A stretch of DNA of 64,000 nucleotides from the NCBI GenBank assembly GCA_964342155.1, contig CAYFEQ010000005.1, forward strand, positions 24,889 to 88,888, read 5' to 3'. The position numbers were made by a program, and so were the translations under genes. The notes beneath the pieces were generated by a model. That model made no database searches. It saw only the letters and a list, made by a program, of their open reading frames with translations, and was not told where the DNA came from. Positions within the stretch are counted from its first letter, which is position 1, and every line of letters begins with the position of its first letter. This DNA is from an uncultured Ectothiorhodospiraceae bacterium (GTDB lineage Bacteria > Pseudomonadota > Gammaproteobacteria > GCA-002705445 > GCA-002716945). Shown here in pieces: positions 55,852 through 64,000 of this stretch.

Positions 55852-57069
55852 TTAAATTTTATCAAGCCTAAATTCATTATGAAGTGCCTGAATAGCCTTT
55901 TCTAGACTTTTTTGATCTATAATCACGGAAATCTTGATTTCTGAAGTGGAAATCATTCGTATATTAATCTTTTTCTTAGCAAGACAACTAAACATTGAAC
56001 CCGCTATTCCAGCGTGTGAGCGCATTCCAACGCCAACTAGTGAAACTTTGACAATATTTTTTGTAGCAGTTATTTCTGTGTAGCCCATAACTTTCTTATT
56101 TTTTTCAATAACTTGTATAGCTTTCTTATAATCATTTCTACTTACTGTAAACGTAAAATCTGCAAGTCCATCTGATCCAACGTTTTGAACTATCATATCA
56201 ACCTCAATATTAGCATCCCCTATTGGACCTAAAATCTTTGCAGCAACACCAGGTTGGTCTTTTACACCTTTCATCATGATTTCAGCCTCATCTTTAGTAA
56301 AAGCAATTCCTGAAATCAAAGCACCTTCGACTTTCTTTTCTTCCTTTTTAATTAATGTACCGTTACCAGGACAATGCGCATGCAAAACACGCAATGGAAC
56401 ATTATATTTACTGGCAAATTCTACAGAACGTAATTGGAGGACTTTTGAGCCTAATCCAGACATTTCGAGCATCTCTTCGTAAGTTAAATTTTCTAATTTC
56501 CTTGCCTTCTTGCATAATTTTGGATCTGTTGTATAAACTCCATCAACATCAGAAAAAATCTGACATTCATTAGCTTTCAAAGCTGCAGCAAGAGCCACAG
56601 CCGTTGTATCCGAACCACCTCGTCCTAAAGTTGTGATATCTAAGTTTTTATTAATCCCTTGAAAACCTGCAACAATAACAACTTCATTCTTTTTTAAAGA
56701 AGATTTTATTCGTTTTGTGGATATTCGTGAGATTCTTGCTTTATTATGAGTTTCATCTGTTTCAATACCAGCCTGCCAACCAGTAAATGCATTTGCCTTA
56801 ATCCCTAATTCATTTAATGCAATAGATAAAAGAGAAGTGCTGACTTGTTCGCCGGAGGATAATAACAAATCATAGTCTCTTGGGTTTGGAGAATGTGAAA
56901 TTTTTTCAGCAAGTTTAACTAGCTGATCAGTGCTATCACCCATTGCAGATAAGACAACAACTATTTTTTTACCACGCTTGTGATCGAGCTGTATTTTTTT
57001 TGCAATATTTTTTATTTTAGTTATAGATGAGACTGAAGTCCCACCATACTTCTTAACAATAACTGACAT
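55852..57069 (-). CDS. lysC: Aspartate kinase
   Basis: It has the N-terminal VKKYGGTS kinase motif and C-terminal ACT domains. Length is 405 aa. Confidence 0.9.
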   Translation of the reverse strand: MSVIVKKYGGTSVSSITKIKNIAKKIQLDHKRGKKIVVVLSAMGDSTDQLVKLAEKISHSPNPRDYDLLLSSGEQVSTSLLSIALNELGIKANAFTGWQAGIETDETHNKARISRISTKRIKSSLKKNEVVIVAGFQGINKNLDITTLGRGGSDTTAVALAAALKANECQIFSDVDGVYTTDPKLCKKARKLENLTYEEMLEMSGLGSKVLQLRSVEFASKYNVPLRVLHAHCPGNGTLIKKEEKKVEGALISGIAFTKDEAEIMMKGVKDQPGVAAKILGPIGDANIEVDMIVQNVGSDGLADFTFTVSRNDYKKAIQVIEKNKKVMGYTEITATKNIVKVSLVGVGMRSHAGIAGSMFSCLAKKKINIRMISTSEIKISVIIDQKSLEKAIQALHNEFRLDKI

Positions 57070-57070
57070 A

Positions 57071-59653
57071 TTATTTTTCTTTTAAAGTTTGTTTAATGTA
57101 ATTCAATACATCTGCTGATGTAACATCTTTGATAATTGCGGTTGCAAAAGTATCGCTACCTCCACCTTTGGAACTAAATTTATCATTCAGCAGCTGTATA
57201 ATTTGTTTTGCATTATATCGATGTTTTGATCCTTTTGAAACACCTACAAAACAATTTATTTCATTATCAGCAGGTCGGCAAAAAATAGAAACAGAGTCTT
57301 GGTATTGAGTTTTCACTAAATCAGATAAAGTTTTGATTTGATTAATATCAAGGTCTGGTAAATTTTCTAAAAAAAATGTAGTTTTTTCTGAAATAATTTT
57401 CTTTGACTCCAGAGAGTCTAATAAATATTTTGCGAGAATCTTATTTGTCGTTTCTGATTTTTTATCAGTTTTTGACTGCTCATCTTTAAAGTCTTGAATT
57501 TTATTTTTTATTTCTTTAGGCTTGGTATTCAAAAGCTGGGAGATTTCTTTGTTTTGTTCAAATAACTCTTGAAAGTAAGCATATGCTGTATGACCAGTTA
57601 CAGCCTCTATTCTTCTCACTCCAGTTGAAACACTAGACTCACTGAGTATTTTAAAAACTTTTATATCAGATGTTGATTCTACATGGGTTCCTCCACATAG
57701 TTCTACTGATTTGGTACCAATTTTAAGTACACGCACTTCATCACCATATTTTTCTTCAAAAAAAGCTAGAGCCCCGTCTTCTATAGCATCTTTATATTTC
57801 ATATTTTTGATCACAGTTTGAATATCTGCATCAATTTCTCTTGCAATATCATTCTCAATAATAGAAATTTCATCTTTAGTTAATGACCTATCATGTGTGA
57901 AATCAAATGTTAGCCTTTTGTCTGTCACGCTGGATCCGCGTTGCTGAACATCTTCCCCAAGTATTTCTCTAAGAGAATTATGCAATAAGTGTGTAGCTGA
58001 ATGATTCGCTGCTGTTCTTTTGCGTAATTCCTTTCTAACACTACATTTTACTTCATCATTGACATTAACGCTTCCTGAGGTTAAATGGCCAAAATGAATT
58101 ATTACATCATTAACCATTTGTACATCTTCTACATTAAATTCAAATGATTCATTCATTATGATGCCAGTGTCTGATTGTTGACCACCACCTTCGGGGTAGA
58201 AAGGGGTATTTTCGATAATTAATATGGATTGATTTAGTTGATTATCTAAATTTGCGACTTTATTCTTTTTATGATTATAAATAGCAACAATTTTAGATTT
58301 ATTTTCTAACTTTCCGTATCCTACAAATTGTGTGTTATATTGCTCCTTAAGGTAATTATAATCTTTTGCATCAAACTGGCTAGCACTTCTACTTCTCATT
58401 TTTTGTTTATTCATCAATATACTAAAACCTTTTAAGTCGAGTGAGATTTTTTTTTCATTAGCTATTTCTTGTATAATTTCTATAGGAAATCCATATGTAT
58501 CATATAATTTAAATATTTCTTCAGCTGAAAGTCCCTTATTGTTCTTAATAGCCTTATTAATTAATTCTAAACCAATAGAAAGTGTTTTTAAGCAATTTTC
58601 TTCTTCATTAAATATAACTTTTTCAATTTTTTTATTATTTTTTAATTGCGGATGATCTTTTGTCATGTCACGACATATTATATTTACGCAAGTGTATAAA
58701 TAAGGTTCTTTTAGACCAACATTATAGAGATATCTTATAGCTCTTCTAATAATTCTCCTTAATACATAACCACGTCCTTCTTTATCAGGTATGATTCCAT
58801 CAGATATTAAAAAACAAGCAGCTCTAACATGATCCATAATGATTTTTTTAATAAAAAAATCTACTTTCTTTACTTTTATAGATTTATCTAAAAAAGTATT
58901 GAGTGAATTAAAAATTGATGACTGATAGTTATCTAATTTACCTTCAACTACAGCTTGAATTCTTTCTAAACCCATTCCTGTATCAACACATTTAGCAGGA
59001 AGGTCTGTCAGTTTACCATTTTTATCTTTGTTAAATTGAGTGAAAACTAGATTCCAAATTTCTGTATATCTATCTCCTGTCTCACCTTTCCCAGGTAATT
59101 CGCCAGTTAAATTTGCTCCTAAATCATAATATATTTCAGTGGAAGGTCCGCATGGCCCGGTTTCGCCCATTTGCCAAAAATTATCTTCATCATCTAAAAA
59201 CGATAAGTGGCTCTTATTAATTCCAATTTTATTGAGCCAAATATCAGCAGTTTCTTTATCATTTTTATGCACAGAGATATATAATCTCTTTTGATCTAAA
59301 GATAATCTATTAGTCATAAAGTCCCAAGCAAAATCAATTGCTTCTTCTTTAAAATAATCTCCAAAACTAAAATTTCCAAGCATTTCAAAAAAGGAATGAT
59401 GTCGATTTGTGTAACCAATATTTTCTAAATCATTATGTTTGCCACCGGCCCTCATACATTTTTGGCAAGTTACAATCTTTGTGCTTTTTGGTTTTTCGTT
59501 ACCTAGAAAAATATCTTTGAATTGGACCATCCCAGAGTTTGTAAACAATAGTGATTTATCATTTACCGGCACTAAGGAGCTAGAATCCATAAGGTGGTGT
59601 TCCTTTTCTATAAAATATTCTAAAAATAATTTTCTTACATTCATGATTTCCAA
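57071..59653 (-). CDS. alaS: Alanine--tRNA ligase
   Basis: It has the N-terminal class II aaRS core (FTNSGMVQFK), an editing domain with HxxxH...CGGTH, and a C-terminal DHHA1-like region. Length is 860 aa. Confidence 0.95.
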   Translation of the reverse strand: MEIMNVRKLFLEYFIEKEHHLMDSSSLVPVNDKSLLFTNSGMVQFKDIFLGNEKPKSTKIVTCQKCMRAGGKHNDLENIGYTNRHHSFFEMLGNFSFGDYFKEEAIDFAWDFMTNRLSLDQKRLYISVHKNDKETADIWLNKIGINKSHLSFLDDEDNFWQMGETGPCGPSTEIYYDLGANLTGELPGKGETGDRYTEIWNLVFTQFNKDKNGKLTDLPAKCVDTGMGLERIQAVVEGKLDNYQSSIFNSLNTFLDKSIKVKKVDFFIKKIIMDHVRAACFLISDGIIPDKEGRGYVLRRIIRRAIRYLYNVGLKEPYLYTCVNIICRDMTKDHPQLKNNKKIEKVIFNEEENCLKTLSIGLELINKAIKNNKGLSAEEIFKLYDTYGFPIEIIQEIANEKKISLDLKGFSILMNKQKMRSRSASQFDAKDYNYLKEQYNTQFVGYGKLENKSKIVAIYNHKKNKVANLDNQLNQSILIIENTPFYPEGGGQQSDTGIIMNESFEFNVEDVQMVNDVIIHFGHLTSGSVNVNDEVKCSVRKELRKRTAANHSATHLLHNSLREILGEDVQQRGSSVTDKRLTFDFTHDRSLTKDEISIIENDIAREIDADIQTVIKNMKYKDAIEDGALAFFEEKYGDEVRVLKIGTKSVELCGGTHVESTSDIKVFKILSESSVSTGVRRIEAVTGHTAYAYFQELFEQNKEISQLLNTKPKEIKNKIQDFKDEQSKTDKKSETTNKILAKYLLDSLESKKIISEKTTFFLENLPDLDINQIKTLSDLVKTQYQDSVSIFCRPADNEINCFVGVSKGSKHRYNAKQIIQLLNDKFSSKGGGSDTFATAIIKDVTSADVLNYIKQTLKEK

Positions 59654-60162
59654 AATTCCTCAATAGCTTTTTCTATGATTCTATAATCAAATCCTCTTAG
59701 TTCTAGGAATGATCTTTGTTTTTTAATTTTAATATCAGTATTATCAAATTTGTCTGGAAAAGTTTTCTTTTTCAAAGCAGTTATAGCTGCATTTTCCCAA
59801 TCTTCTCTTGTATACTCCAACAAGACAGAACTTATGATGTTTTTATTGATGCCATTTTTAATAAGGTTAGATTTAATTAATTGAGGTCCTTTTTGCGCCT
59901 TAATTTTTGATTTCACGTATATTTCTGCATATCTGTGATCTGATTGTAGTCCTTTAACTTCGAAGTCTGATATACATTCTTTAATTTGTAATTGATCAAA
60001 TTTTTTTCTGTAAAGTTTTTCAAAAAGTTCTGATTTAGAATGCTCTCTAATACTGAGATATCGTGAAATACAATTTTTTATCTCATCAATTTGATTGAAG
60101 CTCATTACTACTTGTTTCTTCTGGTTCCTCGTTATTAGCTTCTTCTGTTTTGGCATCTCCAT
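59641..60162 (-). CDS. recX: Regulatory protein RecX. The start is uncertain and may be the internal Met at about 60105.
   Basis: It has a RecX-family helical repeat sequence immediately downstream of recA. The track ORF overlaps the recA 3' end by 77 nt, and the MSFNQ start reduces the overlap to about 20 nt. Confidence 0.7.
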   Translation of the reverse strand: MEMPKQKKLITRNQKKQVVMSFNQIDEIKNCISRYLSIREHSKSELFEKLYRKKFDQLQIKECISDFEVKGLQSDHRYAEIYVKSKIKAQKGPQLIKSNLIKNGINKNIISSVLLEYTREDWENAAITALKKKTFPDKFDNTDIKIKKQRSFLELRGFDYRIIEKAIEEFWKS

Positions 60163-61174
60163 TTTTTTTCTTTGTTTTTACAGGCTTACTATCAGAGAAA
60201 CCTTTTATTTTTGATTCAATGTCGGCTGCAATCTTCGGATTATCTCTGAGAAATATTCGAGAATTATCCTTACCTTGTCCTATTCTATCCTTTCCATAAC
60301 TAAACCATGCTCCTGCTTTTTCAATAATATTGAACTTAGTTCCCAAATCAATTAATTCAGATTCCTTTGAAACTCCTTCGCCATACAGAATATCAAATTC
60401 AGCTATTTTGAATGGAGGGGCAACTTTATTTTTTACAATTTTTACTCTTGTTTCATTCCCAATTATTTCATCACCTTTTTTAATAGCACCAATTCTTCTT
60501 ATATCTAATCGAACAGATGCATAAAATTTAAGAGCGTTTCCTCCAGTAGTAGTTTCAGGGCTACCAAACATCACACCAATTTTCATTCTAATTTGGTTAA
60601 TAAATATTAAAAGAGTATTTGATTTTTTTATATTTGCTGCTAATTTACGGAGTGCTTGAGACATTAATCTTGCCTGTAGTCCCATATGTGAATCACCCAT
60701 GTCTCCATCTATTTCTGCTTTTGGAGTAAGCGCGGCAACTGAATCTATAACAATCGTATTCACTGCGCCTGATCTAACAAGGGTGTCCGCAATTTCTAGC
60801 GCTTGTTCTCCGGAATCAGGTTGTGACAATAGTAAATCATCAATATTTACACCAAGATTCTCAGCATATTTTGGATCAAGCGCATGTTCAGCATCAATGA
60901 AAGCAGCAGTTCCTCCTTTTTTTTGAGTTTCTGCGATGACTTGGAGCGTCATTGTGGTCTTTCCTGAGGATTCTGGTCCATAGATTTCTACGACTCTGCC
61001 CATTGGTAATCCACCAATACCCAAAGCATTATCAAGCGTTAATGATCCAGTTGATACTGACTCAATTTCAGGATAAGCAGAACCATCGCCTAATTTCATC
61101 AAGGCTCCTTTCCCATGTTCTTTTTCTATTTGACTGATTGCTGATTGAAGTGCTTTTTCTTTATTTTCTTCCAT
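60086..61174 (-). CDS. recA: Recombinase RecA
   Basis: It has GPESSGKTT Walker A and canonical RecA core sequence ([21 protein letters not shown]), with an acidic C-terminal tail. Confidence 0.95.
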   Translation of the reverse strand: MEENKEKALQSAISQIEKEHGKGALMKLGDGSAYPEIESVSTGSLTLDNALGIGGLPMGRVVEIYGPESSGKTTMTLQVIAETQKKGGTAAFIDAEHALDPKYAENLGVNIDDLLLSQPDSGEQALEIADTLVRSGAVNTIVIDSVAALTPKAEIDGDMGDSHMGLQARLMSQALRKLAANIKKSNTLLIFINQIRMKIGVMFGSPETTTGGNALKFYASVRLDIRRIGAIKKGDEIIGNETRVKIVKNKVAPPFKIAEFDILYGEGVSKESELIDLGTKFNIIEKAGAWFSYGKDRIGQGKDNSRIFLRDNPKIAADIESKIKGFSDSKPVKTKKKNGDAKTEEANNEEPEETSSNELQSN

Positions 61175-61222
61175 AATTGTTGGGCCTCTCTAGATTAATT
61201 ACCTTAGACATTATATTAACAA

Positions 61223-61708
61223 TTATATTTCTTTTATGAAATCATATAAACCTAATAATGCAATTTTGGTTGTTTCAAGGCGGTTTTTTCCTCTATCTTC
61301 CCCTAGTTCTGTATAAAAAGTTTTAGACTTCTCTTGGTTAAGCCAACAAATCCAGACTTTCTCATTTTCCTCATTTTTATTTTTTTTATCTATGCCCATT
61401 ACACCAGATACTGCTATCACTATCGAAGAATCTGTTAGTTTGAGTAGCCCCAAAGCCATTTCTTTCACGGTGTCTTCTGAAACAGCTCCTTTAGATTTTA
61501 TTGTCTCAGGATTGACTTTAAGCAGGTCAATCTTAGCCTTATTAGAATAAGCAATTATAGATGAATTAAAAAAATTTGAAGACCCAGGTAAGTCTGTGAG
61601 GTATTTCGAAATCAGTCCGCCAGTACAAGACTCTGCGGTTGAAACAGTGATCTTTTTTTTAATGGATAATGCCATTAAATCTTTTACAATTGCTGTAATG
61701 TCATTCAT
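61223..61708 (-). CDS. CinA C-terminal domain protein / nicotinamide-nucleotide amidohydrolase PncC-like
   Basis: TAESCTGGLIS is the CinA_C signature. The 161-aa length is that of a stand-alone C-domain. Confidence 0.8.
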   Translation of the reverse strand: MNDITAIVKDLMALSIKKKITVSTAESCTGGLISKYLTDLPGSSNFFNSSIIAYSNKAKIDLLKVNPETIKSKGAVSEDTVKEMALGLLKLTDSSIVIAVSGVMGIDKKNKNEENEKVWICWLNQEKSKTFYTELGEDRGKNRLETTKIALLGLYDFIKEI

Positions 61709-61776
61709 TTAAGTATATGATAAATTAATTTATAATATTTATATTATATATTATTTCTCTACATAGAATTGAAAAA

Positions 61777-62625
61777 ATGAAAAAAATAAAAAATGTAACA
61801 CTAGTAACACATAAGAATTACCTAAAAAATAAGGAAATTAAAAAATTGTGTAATTTTTTATCTAGAGAATCAATCTCTCTTACAACTATTGCTATAGATA
61901 AAAATTATGATCATATGAATACAATGATTAAAAAATCAGATCTATTGATTGTCTTTGGTGGCGATGGTTTGTTTCTGACAGCTTCAAAAATTGCATACAA
62001 ATTCTCTATACCAATACTCGGCGTGAATTATGGCAAGATCGGTTTTCTGGTAGATGTAGATAAAAAAGATATTCTTAAAAAAATAAAAGATATATTGATG
62101 GGTAATTTTTTATTGGATAAGAGATTATTAATAGATGGAATAGTCACAACTAATAATTCGAAAAAAATTAGGTCTTCAGCTCTTAATGACATCGTTATAC
62201 ATAATTTTGGTTTACTAAAAATGATTGAAGTTAAAGTTTATGTTAATGACTATCTTATTAATACAGAAAGATCTGATGGGATAATTATTGCGACCCCTAC
62301 TGGATCAACCGCCTACTCAATGTCAAATGGTTGTCCTATAGTTAGTCCCGATTCTAATATTATAAGTATTGTTCCTGTTGCGCCTCATACTTACAGTCAT
62401 AGACCCATTATTATTAACTCAAATGATAAAATAAAAATTATTATTTCAAAAAGATCAGTTAAACATTCTTTGGTAACTTTTGATGGTCATAGCAATTTGA
62501 GTGTAGCTGATCCGTGTGAAATTGAGATTAAAAAAAGCAGCAAATATCTAGAAATTATTCACCCTAAAAATTATAATTATTTTGAAATATTAAATAAAAA
62601 ATTAAAATGGGGACGTAAACCGTAA
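61777..62625 (+). CDS. nadK: NAD(+) kinase
   Basis: It has the GGDG motif (VFGGDGLFL), NYGKIGFL (N-x-G-x-LGFL) and ATPTGSTAYS. Confidence 0.85.
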   Translation: MKKIKNVTLVTHKNYLKNKEIKKLCNFLSRESISLTTIAIDKNYDHMNTMIKKSDLLIVFGGDGLFLTASKIAYKFSIPILGVNYGKIGFLVDVDKKDILKKIKDILMGNFLLDKRLLIDGIVTTNNSKKIRSSALNDIVIHNFGLLKMIEVKVYVNDYLINTERSDGIIIATPTGSTAYSMSNGCPIVSPDSNIISIVPVAPHTYSHRPIIINSNDKIKIIISKRSVKHSLVTFDGHSNLSVADPCEIEIKKSSKYLEIIHPKNYNYFEILNKKLKWGRKP

Positions 62626-62645
62626 AACAGACCTAGATAAGAAAA

Positions 62646-63074
62646 CTATTTTTTATTCTCTGTGCATTTAGAGTCATTGCATTCACCAAAGAGAGTCATT
62701 ACATGTGTCTTTAACTTAAAATTATAATCTAACGAGATTTTTTCCTGCATTTTTTCTATATCAGGATTATTAAATTCGACAATTTTTCCACATTTCGTAC
62801 AAATCAAATGATCATGATGTGCTTTTTTCAGTTCATAGTTTGATTGAGAATTGTTAAATTGATTTTTTTCTATGAGCCCAGCTACCTCTAACTGAGTTAA
62901 AACTCTATAAACTGTAGCTAATCCAACATTTTCACTATTCTTAATTAATTCAAGATGAACATCATCAGCGCTAAAATGACTTTCTGGTTTAGTTTGAAAG
63001 ATTTCAAGAATCTTGCTTCTTGGGTGCGTTACCTTTAATCCGGCACTTTTCAGTTTATCTGAATTAGAAGTCAT
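62646..63074 (-). CDS. fur: Fur-family transcriptional regulator (Fur/Zur/Irr)
   Basis: It has the DNA-binding helix ATVYRVLTQLEVAGLI and metal-site HHDHLICTKCGKIVEF. Length is 142 aa. Confidence 0.8.
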   Translation of the reverse strand: MTSNSDKLKSAGLKVTHPRSKILEIFQTKPESHFSADDVHLELIKNSENVGLATVYRVLTQLEVAGLIEKNQFNNSQSNYELKKAHHDHLICTKCGKIVEFNNPDIEKMQEKISLDYNFKLKTHVMTLFGECNDSKCTENKK

Positions 63075-63130
63075 AATATATTTGTTACCCTATATTTACA
63101 TTATTATAGTTATGAGATGTGAATTCAAGG

Positions 63131-63424
63131 TTATTTATTCTTCTTTTTTGTATTTGCTATTCTTTTTCTCATAGTTTTTGGGTCAATAGAAATCGGTTCA
63201 TAAATTTCAATTCTATCCTTATCTTTCAAGATATAGTTGTATGGAATCATATTTCCAAAAATACCTATCTTATTTTTTTTCTTAGAAAAAAAGGGGATGG
63301 TATTGATTAAATCGAATTGATTAAAAAGTTCTTCTACTGTTAAATCGTTAGTTATTGTAAATTGCTTATGATATTTTATTTTTTTGCTTAGATAGATTAC
63401 TTCAATTTTTATTTTATTTTTCAT
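63131..63424 (-). CDS. RnfH-family ubiquitin-like protein (RatB/PasI-like)
   Basis: The C-terminal DRIEIYEPISIDPKTMRKRIA matches the RnfH/UPF0125 signature (DRVEIYRPL.aDPKe.RR.RA). Length is 97 aa. Confidence 0.6.
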   Translation of the reverse strand: MKNKIKIEVIYLSKKIKYHKQFTITNDLTVEELFNQFDLINTIPFFSKKKNKIGIFGNMIPYNYILKDKDRIEIYEPISIDPKTMRKRIANTKKKNK

Positions 63425-63851
63425 ATTTAACTTTAAAAGCTTCAGAAATAAAAGAATCGAGAATAGATGACATTATAGACGTAAAAACTGGTTTAATTGA
63501 TAATTCAATTATCTTGTTAGAAAATTCATATTCAAGAATAAAACTAACTTGTGTATTATTATTATCAATTTTCAAAAAATTCCATTCTCCATTTAGATTT
63601 TTAAAGGGTCCATCTATTAGAGTTAGATAAATTTTTTTATTTTTGATGTAGTGATTCTCAGTCGTAAATGTCCAATTAACAAAATTTTTAGATACACTAA
63701 TTTTTCCAACCATTATATTATTTTTATCAGATATTACTTTTGAATTGCTGCACCAAGGCAAAAAATCTGAATATTTATCAACTTGATTTATTAGAGTAAA
63801 TATTGTTTGAATATCGATATTGATAGATTCATTTTTTTTAATACAATCCAT
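63414..63851 (-). CDS. SRPBCC-fold protein (RatA/PasT/Coq10-like polyketide-cyclase superfamily)
   Basis: Its 145-aa length, START/Bet v1-like pattern and genomic pairing with the RnfH-family gene are typical of ratA-ratB. The assignment rests on context and fold-level resemblance. Confidence 0.5.
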   Translation of the reverse strand: MDCIKKNESINIDIQTIFTLINQVDKYSDFLPWCSNSKVISDKNNIMVGKISVSKNFVNWTFTTENHYIKNKKIYLTLIDGPFKNLNGEWNFLKIDNNNTQVSFILEYEFSNKIIELSIKPVFTSIMSSILDSFISEAFKVKYEK

Positions 63852-63856
63852 AAAAA

Positions 63857-64000
63857 TTACATAAAGCCATTAGTAAATATAACCATGACCGCAATAGGAG
63901 CAATATATCTTATTAATACTCGCCAGATACTATAGATCGATGGAGACATTTCAAGCTCTGAATGTGATGTAGATTTTTTTACCAAATATCCAACAAAGAT
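63857..64000 (-). CDS. 3' end of a CDS (partial, N-terminus beyond the window edge). It ends in a hydrophobic membrane-protein-like C-terminus.
   Basis: An open frame from the window end reads ...SIWRVLIRYIAPIAVMVIFTNGFM and ends at stop 63857-63859. Confidence 0.3.
   Translation of the reverse strand: MFVGYLVKKSTSHSELEMSPSIYSIWRVLIRYIAPIAVMVIFTNGFM

Noticed and set aside
59641-60162. There is a 77-nt overlap between the recX ORF and the recA 3' end.
   Set aside because: It is probably an artefact of taking the longest ORF. An internal Met (MSFNQ, near 60105) gives a normal-length RecX with a short overlap. It is not evidence of programmed frameshifting.
1-64000. I checked for CRISPR arrays, IS elements and prophage genes.
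   Set aside because: I found no regularly spaced direct repeats, and no transposase, integrase, terminase or capsid-like ORFs. The only nuclease is a secreted SNase.

Overview
This is a strongly AT-rich, SAR11/Pelagibacter-like alphaproteobacterial window with tightly packed, often overlapping genes. I did not compute G+C. No rRNA, CRISPR array, transposase or integrase is visible.

The window has two parts.

(A) Accessory region, about 1-39300. It is a cell-surface glycan (LPS/capsule-type) biosynthesis supercluster. Roughly 37 genes at 1-35269 all lie on the + strand. A short minus-strand glycan module follows at 35271-39265. Content:
- sugar-nucleotide dehydratases and epimerases;
- a WbpL/WecA-type initiating transferase and a WbpM/PglF dehydratase;
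- GT2 and GT4 glycosyltransferases;
- two DegT aminotransferases (one N-terminally short);
- WbpS-like asparagine synthase and a split heparinase II/III-like protein;
- two polysaccharide deacetylases and a carbamoyltransferase;
- a kdsA-CBS-kdsB set;
- two SDRs, an HpcH-type aldolase and TylF-like and class-I methyltransferases;
- a tupBCA-like anion ABC transporter.

Most notable in part A is a gene set at 2100-6344 matching the Campylobacter jejuni O-methyl-phosphoramidate (MeOPN) pathway. It comprises a PEP-synthase-like kinase fused to an HxGH cytidylyltransferase, a class-I glutamine amidotransferase and a LicC-like nucleotidyltransferase. An APS-kinase-like gene (the Cj1415 analogue) lies at 11109-11636. 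There is also a clear UDP-sulfoquinovose synthase homolog (19073-20218). A sulfotransferase-like / barrel-only pyruvate-kinase-like / APS-kinase-like tight operon sits at 8834-11636. The sulfo-sugar genes are unexpected in a lineage that cannot reduce sulfate; the phosphoramidate genes in one thought to be P-limited.

(B) Conserved core, 39363-64000. It encodes a secreted SNase nuclease, metX, holB-tmk-pabC-fabF-acpP-fabG-fabD, dapB, dnaJ-dnaK-grpE-hrcA, ispG, sseA, tRNA-Arg(UCU), rmuC, tRNA-Ser(GCU), csrA, lysC, alaS, recX-recA, cinA-Cterm, nadK, fur, and a RatA/RnfH-like pair.
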